From the IMG/VR virus record IMGVR_UViG_3300042542_006078: a DNA stretch of 64,000 nt; one strand, written 5' to 3'. Position 1 is the stretch's first letter, and each line of letters begins with the position of its first letter. This DNA comes from a virus (taxonomy: Duplodnaviria > Caudoviricetes). The notes beneath the pieces are model-generated. The model searched no databases and was not told where the DNA came from. It saw only the letters and a program-made list of their open reading frames with translations. Shown piece by piece: positions 49,389 to 59,337 of the stretch. The translations under genes and the position numbers were made by a program.

Positions 49389-49751
49389 ATGAAAATCAAA
49401 GTTCGATTCCATCTCGCCAATGGCGAAAACTACAGGAAATGGCAAGTCAAAGTTGGTTCAGAGGTCAATTACTATGATCCTGAATCAACACGAATCGTCA
49501 TGAAAGAATGCAAGCTGAGGAACAGTAAGAAAATAGCAAATCAAATCAATCAAGGCGCAAACAAAACAGTATGCGCTTGGATAGAATGCCAAGATCTGGA
49601 AATCCAAACTGTAAAAGAAGAACTATCATCATCTGCTATCACATACAACCCAAGAGTACAACCAAATTGGGTTGAAAATGGCAAAGATGTAGATAACGAA
49701 AGATATCAAGTCCTATACACAAATGGTAGAGGAGTTTATCGTCCTTCTTAA
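49389..49751 (+). CDS. Conserved phage hypothetical protein
   Basis: KVRFHLANGENYRKWQVK...KTVCAWIEC...YNPRV.P.W. Confidence 0.65.
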   Translation: MKIKVRFHLANGENYRKWQVKVGSEVNYYDPESTRIVMKECKLRNSKKIANQINQGANKTVCAWIECQDLEIQTVKEELSSSAITYNPRVQPNWVENGKDVDNERYQVLYTNGRGVYRPS

Positions 49752-49843
49752 TCTGGACAAGATTATCCCCTTTCCAAACTGCTTCGGAAAGGGGAGAAGC
49801 AAAGCCGATATATGGGTGTAACCAATCGGCAAGGAGAAAGACA

Positions 49844-49981
49844 ATGATTTTTATTCCAAAGTGTGAAATTGAGATGATGGCTCAGGTTTCGGCAGAATTA
49901 TTCAGGAATAAGTGTCAAATCAAAGTGACACTTGAGTGTAACACTCATTGGAGAATTGAAATCCTGAGTGTTGATGAGTAA
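49844..49981 (+). CDS. 45-aa small protein (not in ORF track)
   Basis: Promoter 49776, AAGGAG RBS, MIFIPKCEIE...LSVDE*. Confidence 0.55.
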   Translation: MIFIPKCEIEMMAQVSAELFRNKCQIKVTLECNTHWRIEILSVDE

Positions 49982-50019
49982 CAGTTCTAACAGTAACAGT
50001 TCTAACAAGGAGAAAGACA

Positions 50020-50412
50020 ATGGCTAAGATTACGATTGATATTGAAGACCAGCTTCCTGATCTCGTCAATGATGCGATTGATGGAGTAAAAGAAATTCTC
50101 AAAGATTATGTCGAGGAAAACAAATCAGATAGCCTTCCAGATATAAGCGATCTGGACTACTCTGGTTCAGTACATGAACTTATTGATGGACTAATCCCTG
50201 TATATGATAAAAATATTGAAGATATATGGTATCTTCACAAGAAAGATTTGATCAGATCATACGAAGATTCAGGAGTGGGTAATAACCCCATGGAAAATAA
50301 TGGATTGTCTGCCATATACTTCTACTTGAATCAGGAAGTAAACAACTGGTATGGCGACAATGCTCAAGATTACTTTGATGAAATTGCCAAAGTTGATATT
50401 GTAGAAGAATAA
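50020..50412 (+). CDS. Acidic hypothetical protein
   Basis: AAGGAG RBS; Asp/Glu-rich; followed by hairpin 50424-50453. Confidence 0.65.
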   Translation: MAKITIDIEDQLPDLVNDAIDGVKEILKDYVEENKSDSLPDISDLDYSGSVHELIDGLIPVYDKNIEDIWYLHKKDLIRSYEDSGVGNNPMENNGLSAIYFYLNQEVNNWYGDNAQDYFDEIAKVDIVEE

Positions 50413-50596
50413 AAGTTGATATAAGAGGCAAGCAGTAAAATGCTTGCCTCTTTTTTTTTGGTTTCCATTTTTTTACACACTTGTACTCTCAAGCCAAATC
50501 AATTACAGACAAGATTGTCTTTTGTCTAAACTGCTTCGGAAAGCGGAGAAGCAAAGCCGATATTATGGTGTAACGATAACCACAAGGAGAAAGACA

Positions 50597-50995
50597 ATGA
50601 CTATGCCAATCATTCCTATCGATCACCTGAGCGTTGAAGAGCGTGAAATCGCTTCTGGAATTATTGCCAATCAAGGCAAGAATAAGGGTAGGCTTAGGGC
50701 TGGAAAACCTAAGATCGAATATTCCATTTTTGAAGAGAATGGCAGGAAGTTGCGACGACCAACTGATAAGACTGGTAAGGTTGCTTATCTCTGGCGAATG
50801 GTTGCTTTTCATGTTAGCCCTACTCCACAACACCAATGTCTGCCTGTATTGGCATTCGTTGATCTTCCCGGCACATATCAAGATGGTCAAGTTCTTGCAA
50901 AAGAACTTGATCTGATCGTAAATAAAATCATCGATGCAATGCCTCGCAAGGAATGGCAAGGCATTAACAGGTGGGCCAAGGCACTTGGTTACTAA
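50597..50995 (+). CDS. Conserved phage hypothetical protein
   Basis: GRLRAGKP...AYLWRMVAF.VSP..QHQCLPV.A...W..ALG. Confidence 0.65.
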   Translation: MTMPIIPIDHLSVEEREIASGIIANQGKNKGRLRAGKPKIEYSIFEENGRKLRRPTDKTGKVAYLWRMVAFHVSPTPQHQCLPVLAFVDLPGTYQDGQVLAKELDLIVNKIIDAMPRKEWQGINRWAKALGY

Positions 50996-51004
50996 GGAGA
51001 AAAT

Positions 51005-51190
51005 ATGAAAAAGTTTTGCAAACTTTTCTTCTGCAACAAAGATCATGATCATGATATCAATCTCTGCAATCAATGCAAGGAAGCATATGCAGAGATCAAA
51101 AGAGACGAAGCTATCTTCTTTCAAATAGATAGTCCAATCTATAGAACAGATTTGGAAAAAGCAGCACTTGATTGCAATGGCCAACCATAA
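51005..51190 (+). CDS. Small Cys/His protein
   Basis: AAGGAG RBS. Confidence 0.5.
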   Translation: MKKFCKLFFCNKDHDHDINLCNQCKEAYAEIKRDEAIFFQIDSPIYRTDLEKAALDCNGQP

Positions 51191-51461
51191 GGAGAATTTA
51201 GTGAAGCACTATCCAATCGTCTTCTTGCAAGGAGATGAAGCCTACAATCTAATTGATCTTGATGAAAAAGATCGAGATCAATTCATCAATGCTATCAGGG
51301 AATATATCCCTGATGATCTGCCTGATTCTGTTAATGGTGAACCAGCAACATTGAACTATAGGATAAATTTCAGAACCACAATTGGAAGCAAGTTGTATCG
51401 GATTGGTTATACAACTGGTGATGGTGGTTGCCTTGGAATCGATCTTATTGATGATAATTAA
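51168..51461 (+). CDS. Hypothetical protein
   Basis: ORF in an operon-like run. Confidence 0.55.
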   Translation: MIAMANHKENLVKHYPIVFLQGDEAYNLIDLDEKDRDQFINAIREYIPDDLPDSVNGEPATLNYRINFRTTIGSKLYRIGYTTGDGGCLGIDLIDDN

Positions 51462-51489
51462 TTGCTATGCCCAGTTTTATAAAACAAAC

Positions 51490-51614
51490 CGTAGAGTATT
51501 CCACAAGCCTCGTAGAGTATTCCACAAGCCTCGTAGAGTATTCCACAAGCCTCGTAGAGTATTCCACAAGCCTCGCAGAGTATTCCACAAGCCTCGCAGA
51601 GTATTCCACAAGCC
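51490..51614. repeat. Tandem array CGTAGAGTATTCCACAAGCCT, 6 copies, 21-bp period
   Basis: Units start at 51490,51511,51532,51553,51574,51595. Confidence 0.95.
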
Positions 51615-51631
51615 ATTAAAAGGAGATTGAT

Positions 51632-52036
51632 ATGCAATACAACACTCATGTTCTTGCTAATGGTGCTAAATTAGTCACTCTATCACCTCACAGTTTCAAG
51701 TTTTCAGACGGAACAGAGTCTCCTCCTCAAGATAAAGATTTTTGCAACAAATTCACTCTGAAGAAAAATTTCAGTGTTGCTAGGCAAATAAAAGGAATGA
51801 ATGTTACAAAAACATTTTTCGTCGTATCTTCAGAACAATATGATTGCCTAAATGAAATTGCCAAATCAGTAGACATCATACTCGTTCCATTCCAATTCCT
51901 TCAAGCACTGCATGACACTTTTGGACCTAATGGAGCATTCGACAATGTCGTAGCCTTCAATGCTACTGTTGATACAGCAAGGTCTTCTCCTAATGAAAAG
52001 ATCGTTGATATCAACAACTGGTCTTCTATTGATTGA
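51632..52036 (+). CDS. Hypothetical protein
   Basis: AAGGAG RBS. Confidence 0.65.
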   Translation: MQYNTHVLANGAKLVTLSPHSFKFSDGTESPPQDKDFCNKFTLKKNFSVARQIKGMNVTKTFFVVSSEQYDCLNEIAKSVDIILVPFQFLQALHDTFGPNGAFDNVVAFNATVDTARSSPNEKIVDINNWSSID

Positions 52037-52254
52037 AATCAACAAGGAGAATTCAATTGAACAAACAAGAAAATTGCTCTTGTGGAGGAAGATTTGTCTT
52101 CACACAATATTGTGGAGCAAAAATTTGTAACAATTGCAATAATCATCTTGGATATGCAAGATGTTATTGTGGATGGAGCGAATCAGGAGGAAATGGATAC
52201 CAAGAACTAATCGATCTTGGCGAAACAATTGAACCAGAACCAGATGACTGCTAA
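52033..52254 (+). CDS. Small Cys-rich (zinc-ribbon-like) protein
   Basis: CSCGG..CG..ICNNC...CYCGW. Confidence 0.5.
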   Translation: MKSTRRIQLNKQENCSCGGRFVFTQYCGAKICNNCNNHLGYARCYCGWSESGGNGYQELIDLGETIEPEPDDC

Positions 52255-52407
52255 ATCATCTTGGATATACAAGATGCTATTGTTGATGGATAGAATCAGG
52301 GAAAAATAGATACCAAGAACTAATCGATCTTGGCGAAACAATTGAACCAGATGACTACTAATTATGTTTATAAAATCGTCACAATATGACGAAGAAAGGA
52401 TTCCTTC

Positions 52408-52584
52408 ATGAGTGAATTTGATGCAGTGATGATTGCAGAAGGAGTTCAAGAAGAAGAAGAACATGTAGTTATCGAAGCATGGCAAAAGTTGATTGATACA
52501 GGTCTTGCATGGAAGCTTCAAGGAATCTTTGGAAGAACAGCGCAAATACTGATTGATGCAGGAATCTGTAATGCATGCCAATGA
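52408..52584 (+). CDS. Conserved 58-aa phage protein (not in ORF track)
   Basis: AWQKLIDTGLAWKLQGIFGRTAQILIDAGIC. Confidence 0.65.
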   Translation: MSEFDAVMIAEGVQEEEEHVVIEAWQKLIDTGLAWKLQGIFGRTAQILIDAGICNACQ

Positions 52585-53047
52585 TTCATTAACCAATCCA
52601 TTAAACAATAAGGAGTATTGCCACATGAGTGAAGAACTTAATGTCAAGTATGATGATATCGAAATGGCAATAGAACCAGATGAAGTATTAGACTGGAATG
52701 AGGATAAGATAAAATGGCGATATGATATGGCAGATTGATATAATAACCCTGATTCTAACCACAAAAGGTTAGAATCAGGGTTCTTTTTTTTTAATCTTAA
52801 ATTACAAAATTGTTCATCATAATTGATAAATTGTCACCAATAGTATCAGGATAAAACAAATCCTGATACTATTTTTTTATTGCCCACAACAAATAGTACA
52901 AGTGTGTAAAATCCTTTTACGCACTTGTACTCTGAGCCTCGCTTCAGAATTACAGACAACAATGTCGCCTTTCCAAACTGCTTCGGAAAGCTGAGAAGCA
53001 AAGCCGATATATGGGTGTAACGATAACCAACACCAAGGAGACGAAAG

Positions 53048-53326
53048 ATGAGCAACACCAACACCAACACCAACACCACCATCAACACCATCATCGATGC
53101 AGCAATTTCATTGGATCTTCATCACATATACCGTGATAACAATCATTATAGCATTGAAGTGAATGGTATAGAAGTATGCTATGCCTCAATGGAAAGTGAT
53201 ATCAGATATGCATATCTGAAATTAAAGCCTCTGATCCCACAGGAGATGGATGTTAAGTTCTTTTTCCTAATTCCTAGTGAGACACCATCGATTTATCTTC
53301 ATGATAAGACACAGATTGAGCTTTAA
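53048..53326 (+). CDS. Hypothetical early protein (single-gene cassette)
   Basis: Promoter 52975, AAGGAG RBS, terminator 53334-53362. Confidence 0.7.
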   Translation: MSNTNTNTNTTINTIIDAAISLDLHHIYRDNNHYSIEVNGIEVCYASMESDIRYAYLKLKPLIPQEMDVKFFFLIPSETPSIYLHDKTQIEL

Positions 53327-53505
53327 CCAAAATAAAAAAGAGCCTTCTGGCTCTTTTTTTATTTGTCATTCCTTTTACACACTTGTACTCTGAGCCTCGC
53401 TTCAGAATTACAGACAAGAATGTCGCCTTTCCAAACTGCTTCGGAAAGCCGAGAAGCAAAGCCGATATATGGGTGTAACCAACAACAACACCAAGGAGAC
53501 GAAAG

Positions 53506-53823
53506 ATGAATGCTAACATCACGGTTTTTGGCGAAAGCTACAAAGTAACGATAAAGGAGTCCCGTTACAACAATAATGGGAATATTGCTTTGGTTGCTTA
53601 CAACCAAGAGGATAATTCCCTGTTTGGTAAAATAACGGCTAACATCGAGGAAACAATCAAGAAAGGATACATCCTCGTAAAAACATATGGGGAAAATGAG
53701 GAATGGGTTCCTCAAATTCTGGCTCAATTGCCAAACAATTTCCGCAGCACAGGTCAAACCCTGTCTGTGGGATTCACAGAATTAGAAATCTGGGAATACT
53801 TCCCAGAGTCGATCAACAATTAG
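53506..53823 (+). CDS. Hypothetical early protein (DUF4313-like)
   Basis: Y.NNGNIAL...FGKITANI...VKTYGENE; promoter 53433. Confidence 0.65.
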   Translation: MNANITVFGESYKVTIKESRYNNNGNIALVAYNQEDNSLFGKITANIEETIKKGYILVKTYGENEEWVPQILAQLPNNFRSTGQTLSVGFTELEIWEYFPESINN

Positions 53824-53860
53824 TTTTCAACCTCAACAACCAACAATCAAAAGGAGAAAT

Positions 53861-54187
53861 ATGATGCGTGATTTTTACGATTGGGACACAACACCGTATG
53901 AAGTAGAAGGACAGATGTTGGGATCGAATTACGATCCTATCAAGGCAAGAGAGGAGGCAAGGGAAACAATAAAGATTCTCTGCCGAAAGTTCGGGGTTCC
54001 ACCTGCTGGTAGTCTCCTGAAGGTTCATAGCAACCCTCATGATTTTGGAAACTACTACAGCATCCGGTTTATTTTCAATGATGCAGATGATGATCACATT
54101 GAATACCTTAACAGGGTAGAAAACAATTGGCCAAAAGATTGGGATGATTCTGAATTTGTGGCAGCAGAACAACCTGCTTCCAAATGA
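53861..54187 (+). CDS. Conserved phage hypothetical protein
   Basis: TTPYEVEG.MLG....NPHDFGNYYSI. Confidence 0.65.
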   Translation: MMRDFYDWDTTPYEVEGQMLGSNYDPIKAREEARETIKILCRKFGVPPAGSLLKVHSNPHDFGNYYSIRFIFNDADDDHIEYLNRVENNWPKDWDDSEFVAAEQPASK

Positions 54188-54190
54188 ACA

Positions 54191-54300
54191 TCGAATACTC
54201 TACAAGCAAGTAGAATACTCTACAAGCAAGTAGAGTATTCTACAAGACATAGAGTATTCTACAAGACATAGAGTATTCTACACGGTGTATAATACTCTAT
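54191..54300. repeat. TAGAGTATTCTA/TAGAATACTCTA array, 5-6 copies, 19-20-bp period
   Basis: Cores at ~54193,54211,54231,54250,54269. Confidence 0.9.
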
Positions 54301-54324
54301 AGGTTGATATACGGAGTTCATAAT

Positions 54325-54738
54325 ATGAATGATGCGATTATTGTGGCCCTTCTTAAAAGCCTGAAATCACCTGAACTCAAACCCGGTCAATATCAGGTTG
54401 ATGAGGTCGTCACCCTTCACATTAAGGGTAACATCACAAAAGATAATGAGGAACTTTACACTCCAACAGTGCAAGTTCCTCAGAAGCTCCTAATGGCCTG
54501 TCTCCTAGAAAGACTAGGTGCCATTCGTGAATGCACAATTGATCTTATCACTAAAGCCATGAGTGATGCCATCAGACTCAATGAGTCTGGATCGACTCAC
54601 CTTGGCCACTTCTTGAAAGACTACGATGATGCCATGGAGCGTGTCCAAGATGTGCTTGGAAACCTTCCAAAGAAAACAAGAACTGGCAAAACCAAGGTCA
54701 AAGCAACAGTAACAGAAGTCAAAACAGTAAAAGTATAA
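54325..54738 (+). CDS. Hypothetical protein
   Basis: GGAG RBS. Confidence 0.65.
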   Translation: MNDAIIVALLKSLKSPELKPGQYQVDEVVTLHIKGNITKDNEELYTPTVQVPQKLLMACLLERLGAIRECTIDLITKAMSDAIRLNESGSTHLGHFLKDYDDAMERVQDVLGNLPKKTRTGKTKVKATVTEVKTVKV

Positions 54739-54765
54739 TATGTGATCAGAATACAAATAATGATA

Positions 54766-54842
54766 TAGAGTATTCCCCAAGCAAATAGAGTATTCTACAA
54801 GCACATAGAATACTCTACAAGCATATAGAATACTCTACAAGC
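54766..54842. repeat. Quasi-palindrome array, 4 copies, 20-bp period
   Basis: Cores at 54766,54786,54806,54826. Confidence 0.9.
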
Positions 54843-55250
54843 ATATATGGTATTGCACGATATAGAATTATACTTATATAAAAGAAGGGTCATCCACAAT
54901 AAATGGATGACCCTTCTTTTTTTTATGCCCATATTGTCACAAACCACAATTAAAATGGAGTTCCTATCATGGATGGCAACATTTTTGATTCCGATGCATT
55001 GGATGGTATGCTCAAAATAAACATCGTAATCGGCCAAAATCAATTGCCAGTAAGCAAACCACAAGAAGATGAAATACTATTTTGCTCATCCAAAATCATC
55101 AAGGAAACATATAGCCGTTGGCTAATGTCTGCTTCTTAATTCCTACAATTATAGACAAGAATGTCCTCTTTCCAAACTGCTTCGGAAAGGGGAGAAGCAA
55201 AGCCGATATTATGATGTGGCGACAATGATTCTTTTCATGAGGGTTTTCAA

Positions 55251-55496
55251 ATGGCTAGTCTTACAAAGTCAAAAGAGGAAGTCCAGAAGCAAGTCGAGGA
55301 ATTCAACAAGGCGGTTTACAACCGTCTTGACGCTTGGGTTCCTGCATGCGGAGGAACAGAAGTTCCGTTCCGTTCAAGGAGCGGAGCAACTCTACTCTAC
55401 TGCTTCAACCCTCGCCTTGGCAAACATGCCTACATCAATCTAGAAACAGACATGATCCTAGAAGATGAAGAGGCCTTCGCTCACCTCAACAAATAA
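55251..55496 (+). CDS. Conserved phage hypothetical protein
   Basis: WVPACGGTEVPF..RSG..LLYC.NP...H.YI...D.IL...EA; promoter 55174; terminator 55506-55540. Confidence 0.7.
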   Translation: MASLTKSKEEVQKQVEEFNKAVYNRLDAWVPACGGTEVPFRSRSGATLLYCFNPRLGKHAYINLETDMILEDEEAFAHLNK

Positions 55497-55745
55497 GCCA
55501 ATTCAGATGGGAGCGACACATGCTCCCATCTGAATTTTTTTATGTATTTAATATGAGAGTACAAGTGTGTAAAAACTCTTTACATACTTGTACTCTGAGC
55601 TTCGCTGTCGCCTCGAAGAGGCCAATTACAGACAAGATTGTCTGTTGTCCAAACTGCTTCGGAAAGCCGAGAAGCAAAGCCGATATATGGGTGTAACGAA
55701 ACCAATGGTCGCCCCTCACACGCACGGGGCACGGAGGCATCACTC

Positions 55746-56054
55746 ATGGCCGCTAATAATTACTCGGATCAGGGCATCGCTTGGGTCGAGAATTCCCTTG
55801 AGGGCATCGCCCAAAGGGACAAGATTACCCTGAGATCCATCTGGGGTCAGACGGAACTCCGTCTTTCCGGCACGGAGTACGCCATAGGGGAACTCCGTGC
55901 CAAGCTGCATAAGCTTGAGGAGGATCACCGCCTCTTTTCCGCTCGCAAGGAGGCGATATTTAAGGCGTATTTCCTTCTTCGCAAGGAGGAAAATCCGTCT
56001 ATAGACGAGGATGACACCTTGTGTGAAATCAAGGATGACATTGAAATAGATTGA
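55746..56054 (+). CDS. Hypothetical early protein
   Basis: Promoter 55651, GGAGG RBS, terminator 56065-56095. Confidence 0.65.
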   Translation: MAANNYSDQGIAWVENSLEGIAQRDKITLRSIWGQTELRLSGTEYAIGELRAKLHKLEEDHRLFSARKEAIFKAYFLLRKEENPSIDEDDTLCEIKDDIEID

Positions 56055-56301
56055 CGAGTCTCTAGGAGTAGGATACAATCCTACTCCTTTTTTTTCAAAA
56101 GCGAAGCTCAGAGTACAAGTTTACAAAAAATTTTTACACACTTGTACTATCAGTAATTCCAAATTCACCTTTACGCACTTGTACTCTGAGCCTCGCTCCA
56201 GAATTACAGACATCAATGTCCCCTTTCCAAACTGCTTCGGAAAGGGGAGAAGCAAAGCCGATATATGGGTGTAACCAACAACAACACCAAGGAGACGAAA
56301 G

Positions 56302-56523
56302 ATGAGCGAATCATGCGTAATCAAGGGCGAAGAAAATACTCGCCGCTACCAACTGGTAGTGCTTGTAAAAGCACTCCAGATACATGTGTTGACTGGAGGC
56401 CAAATGCGCCTCACAAGGGCCGATTACATCGGCCTAGCAAGGAATCTAGGCTATAAGGGACGAACTGCAAAGTCCCTTCTTGCCGACATAATAAGCAAGA
56501 ACCCTGACTTGAACAGGGCGTAA
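56302..56523 (+). CDS. Hypothetical early protein
   Basis: Promoter 56229, AAGGAG RBS. Confidence 0.65.
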   Translation: MSESCVIKGEENTRRYQLVVLVKALQIHVLTGGQMRLTRADYIGLARNLGYKGRTAKSLLADIISKNPDLNRA

Positions 56524-56621
56524 TACAGACATCAATGTCCCCTTTCCAAACTGCTTCGGAAAGGGGAGAAGTAAAGCCGATATATGGGTGTGGCGAAAAT
56601 GATTCTTCAGGAGTGCGAGAG

Positions 56622-56858
56622 ATGAAGAGAAGGAAGTATGCTTTTGTTTCTCTAGTCGAAACCCCTAACAGGGGGGTCGAAGTTTCCTATCACTTCCGCA
56701 GCGATCTGCGTGAGGTGATGGAAGGACTCGGCTACCGTGAGGGTAGCTATGAGGTCCATCCTGAAGGGCTGGCTTCCAAGCCCTCACCTTGGAAGCCAGC
56801 CAAGGTGCCTGTAAACAGGTTACTAGGCGTATCCAAGCTTGTAGCCGAGCTTGGATGA
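56622..56858 (+). CDS. Hypothetical early protein
   Basis: Promoter 56548, AGGAG RBS, terminator 56867-56905. Confidence 0.6.
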   Translation: MKRRKYAFVSLVETPNRGVEVSYHFRSDLREVMEGLGYREGSYEVHPEGLASKPSPWKPAKVPVNRLLGVSKLVAELG

Positions 56859-57044
56859 TATTGTGGAGCATGAAGGGTAATTAAACCCTTCATGCTCTTT
56901 TTTATTTGCCATTCCTTTTACGCACTTGTACTCTCAGTCCCGACAATAAAGGACAAGATTGTCTGTTGTCCAAACTCCTTCGGAAAGCCGAGAAGTAAAG
57001 CCGATATATGGGTGTAACGAAACCAACAACAAGGAGAATGAAAG

Positions 57045-57146
57045 ATGATCAGCTTGATAATTTTGGGTGCTATTGGAATATATTGTGCGAGAAAAATGCT
57101 AGCAGAAAAGTGGGAGAATAGCACCACCAGCTACGAGCGATACTGA
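57045..57146 (+). CDS. 33-aa single-TM peptide (not in ORF track)
   Basis: Promoter 56972, AAGGAG RBS; MISLIILGAIGIYCARK... Confidence 0.5.
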   Translation: MISLIILGAIGIYCARKMLAEKWENSTTSYERY

Positions 57147-57245
57147 CAATTACAGACAAGTTTATCCCCTTTCCAAACTTCTTCGGAAAGGGGAGAAGCA
57201 AAGCCGATATATGGGTGTAACCAACAACAACACGGAGACTAGACA

Positions 57246-57716
57246 ATGAGCGTTGCTCAATTTTTTGCGACAAAAGGTCAGTTCATCAAGGTTTCTTTCC
57301 AGACAGAAAAAAAGCCTTCTTCTGCCCACAAGGGCACGATTCTTCGCAAAGAAACAACCGGAGTCTTCAGGGCTGGCATTAACTTTGCCAACCTCAAATC
57401 GGTGCGGGAAGGCATCGAAAATAACGAGAGAGGCGAGGTTCAGCCCTTGCCTTGGGGCAGGTGGGTCAGGTTCCCCTACCTGATCGAACACAATGGCGCA
57501 AATTATCTGCGCCTGTACCCTGCCGTAAACGGCAAGGTTACTGTTAAGTACCTTGTCAACGGGCAGGCCGTTGACAAAGCTGTTTTCAACAGCTACCTCA
57601 CTCCAAGTGAGGCCAACAGGACAGATCCTGTTGAATGCTTCACTGTAAAGGCTGACAACATCGTCAGCATTGGCAGTGAAGCAGTAGAGACTGTTGAGGC
57701 TGCTGAAGCAGCCTAA
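57246..57716 (+). CDS. Conserved phage hypothetical protein
   Basis: KGQF...RAGINFANL...PWG.WV.FPYLIEHNG.NYLRLYP; promoter 57175. Confidence 0.75.
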   Translation: MSVAQFFATKGQFIKVSFQTEKKPSSAHKGTILRKETTGVFRAGINFANLKSVREGIENNERGEVQPLPWGRWVRFPYLIEHNGANYLRLYPAVNGKVTVKYLVNGQAVDKAVFNSYLTPSEANRTDPVECFTVKADNIVSIGSEAVETVEAAEAA

Positions 57717-57836
57717 CAAATAAGGATGCAACAACAACCAAAAGGAGAGAGAAATGATTTTCCAATTATGTGAGTTGCTTGGTATTGCAGACTTAGTGTG
57801 GGCAATCCTCAATCAATTTTGGGGAGGATTCTAAAG

Positions 57837-57925
57837 TAGAGTATTCTACAAGACATGGAATACTCTACAAGCAAGTAGAGTATTCTACAAGCAAGTAGAG
57901 TATTCTACAAGCAAGTAGAGTATTC
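57837..57925. repeat. Quasi-palindrome array, 5 copies, 19-20-bp period
   Basis: Cores at 57837,57856,57876,57896,57916. Confidence 0.9.
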
Positions 57926-58015
57926 GATGATCTGGACACCATTCCATCTGGTTGAGATGTGTGAAAATATATGTCTTCAATCTTGATTTTTTACTATAAC
58001 CCAATGGAGATGAAG

Positions 58016-58276
58016 ATGGCCATATATGTCACGATGACTGATAAGTTCATGAGTGGATGGGGTCAGGCTGAAGGCCTCATCAATAAGTATGTTATAGAGT
58101 GCGAGTCTCAACAGCAGGCTCAAATCTGCGCTAAAAACGCTCGCTTAAGAAGCGAGATGAAATATGTCAACATCGTTTCAAAGAAGCCTTACTACAATCA
58201 AGAAAGGTATCTGGTTTCACTTAAAAAGTTTTCTGAACTAGGTTCTATCTGGACACAAGATCCAGATGCAAAATAA
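58016..58276 (+). CDS. Conserved phage hypothetical protein
   Basis: YVTMTDKFMSGWGQAEG.INK.VIEC...R.EMKYV. Confidence 0.7.
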   Translation: MAIYVTMTDKFMSGWGQAEGLINKYVIECESQQQAQICAKNARLRSEMKYVNIVSKKPYYNQERYLVSLKKFSELGSIWTQDPDAK

Positions 58277-58278
58277 CC

Positions 58279-58315
58279 GTAGAGTATTCTACAAGCAAGT
58301 AGAGTATTCTACAAG
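58279..58315. repeat. Quasi-palindrome pair, 20-bp period
   Basis: Cores at 58280,58300. Confidence 0.85.
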
Positions 58316-58426
58316 AATCATTTATATCAAATTATAATACATGATGGCATCACAATATGCCATCATGTATGTTTTTTTTATTTCTATTTCTTTTATACAC
58401 AATTTCTTGACCACAAAGGAGTCAAC

Positions 58427-58639
58427 ATGTTTTGTGTAATGGCTAAAAGCAAAAAACTATTCTGTGCTTCGGTTGATATGCTCGGAAAAATAAAAAAGGT
58501 AATATCATCATTAAATGATAATGATGATGATATAGTTTTTTATATTGAGAATTGCGAAGAAAAAGAAATGTCAGTATCAGTGATCGATTCTTTTAAGAAA
58601 GCTTTGGAAATTATAGAAAGTGCATATGTTTTTGCTTGA
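58427..58639 (+). CDS. Hypothetical protein
   Basis: AAGGAG RBS. Confidence 0.55.
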   Translation: MFCVMAKSKKLFCASVDMLGKIKKVISSLNDNDDDIVFYIENCEEKEMSVSVIDSFKKALEIIESAYVFA

Positions 58640-58650
58640 TATATGATAAT

Positions 58651-58740
58651 ATGAAACTATGCATATCAACATCTGCATATGAAACTCTGCATATGAAACT
58701 CTGCATATCAACTTATGCATATCAACTTATACATATCAAC
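58651..58740. repeat. 14-bp tandem repeat (AT[GC]AA[AC]..[AC]T[GA]CAT), 6 copies
   Basis: Units at 58651,58665,58679,58693,58707,58721. Confidence 0.85.
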
Positions 58741-58840
58741 CTCGTAATACAGACAAGTTTCTCCTCTTTCCAAACTGCTTCGGAAAGGGGAGAAGCAAAG
58801 CCGATATATGGGTGTAACGATAACCACAAGGAGAATGATC

Positions 58841-59152
58841 ATGGCAAATTTTGTCAATTTGACACCTCATGCGATCAACCTCAACGATGGGCGGGTTTTC
58901 CCCCCATCTGGGGTTGTGGCTCGTGTTTCGTCGTCACATTCACCATTCGATGGTGATGGTGTGGCAACACTCACCTTCGGTGATGTTGTAGGCCTTCCCG
59001 TCCAGCAGGACGGTGTTTTGCTTATTACATCGGCCTTGGTGGCTCAAGCTGCCAAGAGGCAGGATGTGGTTTCCCCAGCCACGGGTCACCATGACTGTGT
59101 CCGTAACGACAAAGGGCATATTGTTTCAGTGCCCGGATTCGTCCGTGGTTAA
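58841..59152 (+). CDS. Conserved NLTPH-motif protein
   Basis: FVNLTPHAI...FPPSG.VARV...TFG.V.GLP...S.LVAQA..R.DV..P. Confidence 0.7.
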   Translation: MANFVNLTPHAINLNDGRVFPPSGVVARVSSSHSPFDGDGVATLTFGDVVGLPVQQDGVLLITSALVAQAAKRQDVVSPATGHHDCVRNDKGHIVSVPGFVRG

Positions 59153-59337
59153 TTAACAAAAAATAAGAGAGACTAAATGTCTCTCTTATTTTTTTATTTG
59201 TCATTGCTTTTACGCACTTGTACTCTCAGTCCCGACAATTATAGACAAGCAGGTCTGTTGTCCAAACTGCTTCGGAATTCCGAGAAGCAAAGCCGATAGT
59301 ATGGTGTAACCAATAACAACACCACGGAGACTGAAAG

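Noticed and set aside
51382-51649. ORFs 51382..51630 (RRVFHKP)n and 51458..51649 (minus)
   Set aside because: They are translations of the 21-bp DNA repeat, with no RBS
47537-58315. CRISPR array interpretation of the TAGAGTATTCTA tandem arrays
   Set aside because: Units are 19-21 bp head-to-tail with no unique 25-45 bp spacers, and there are no cas genes in the window
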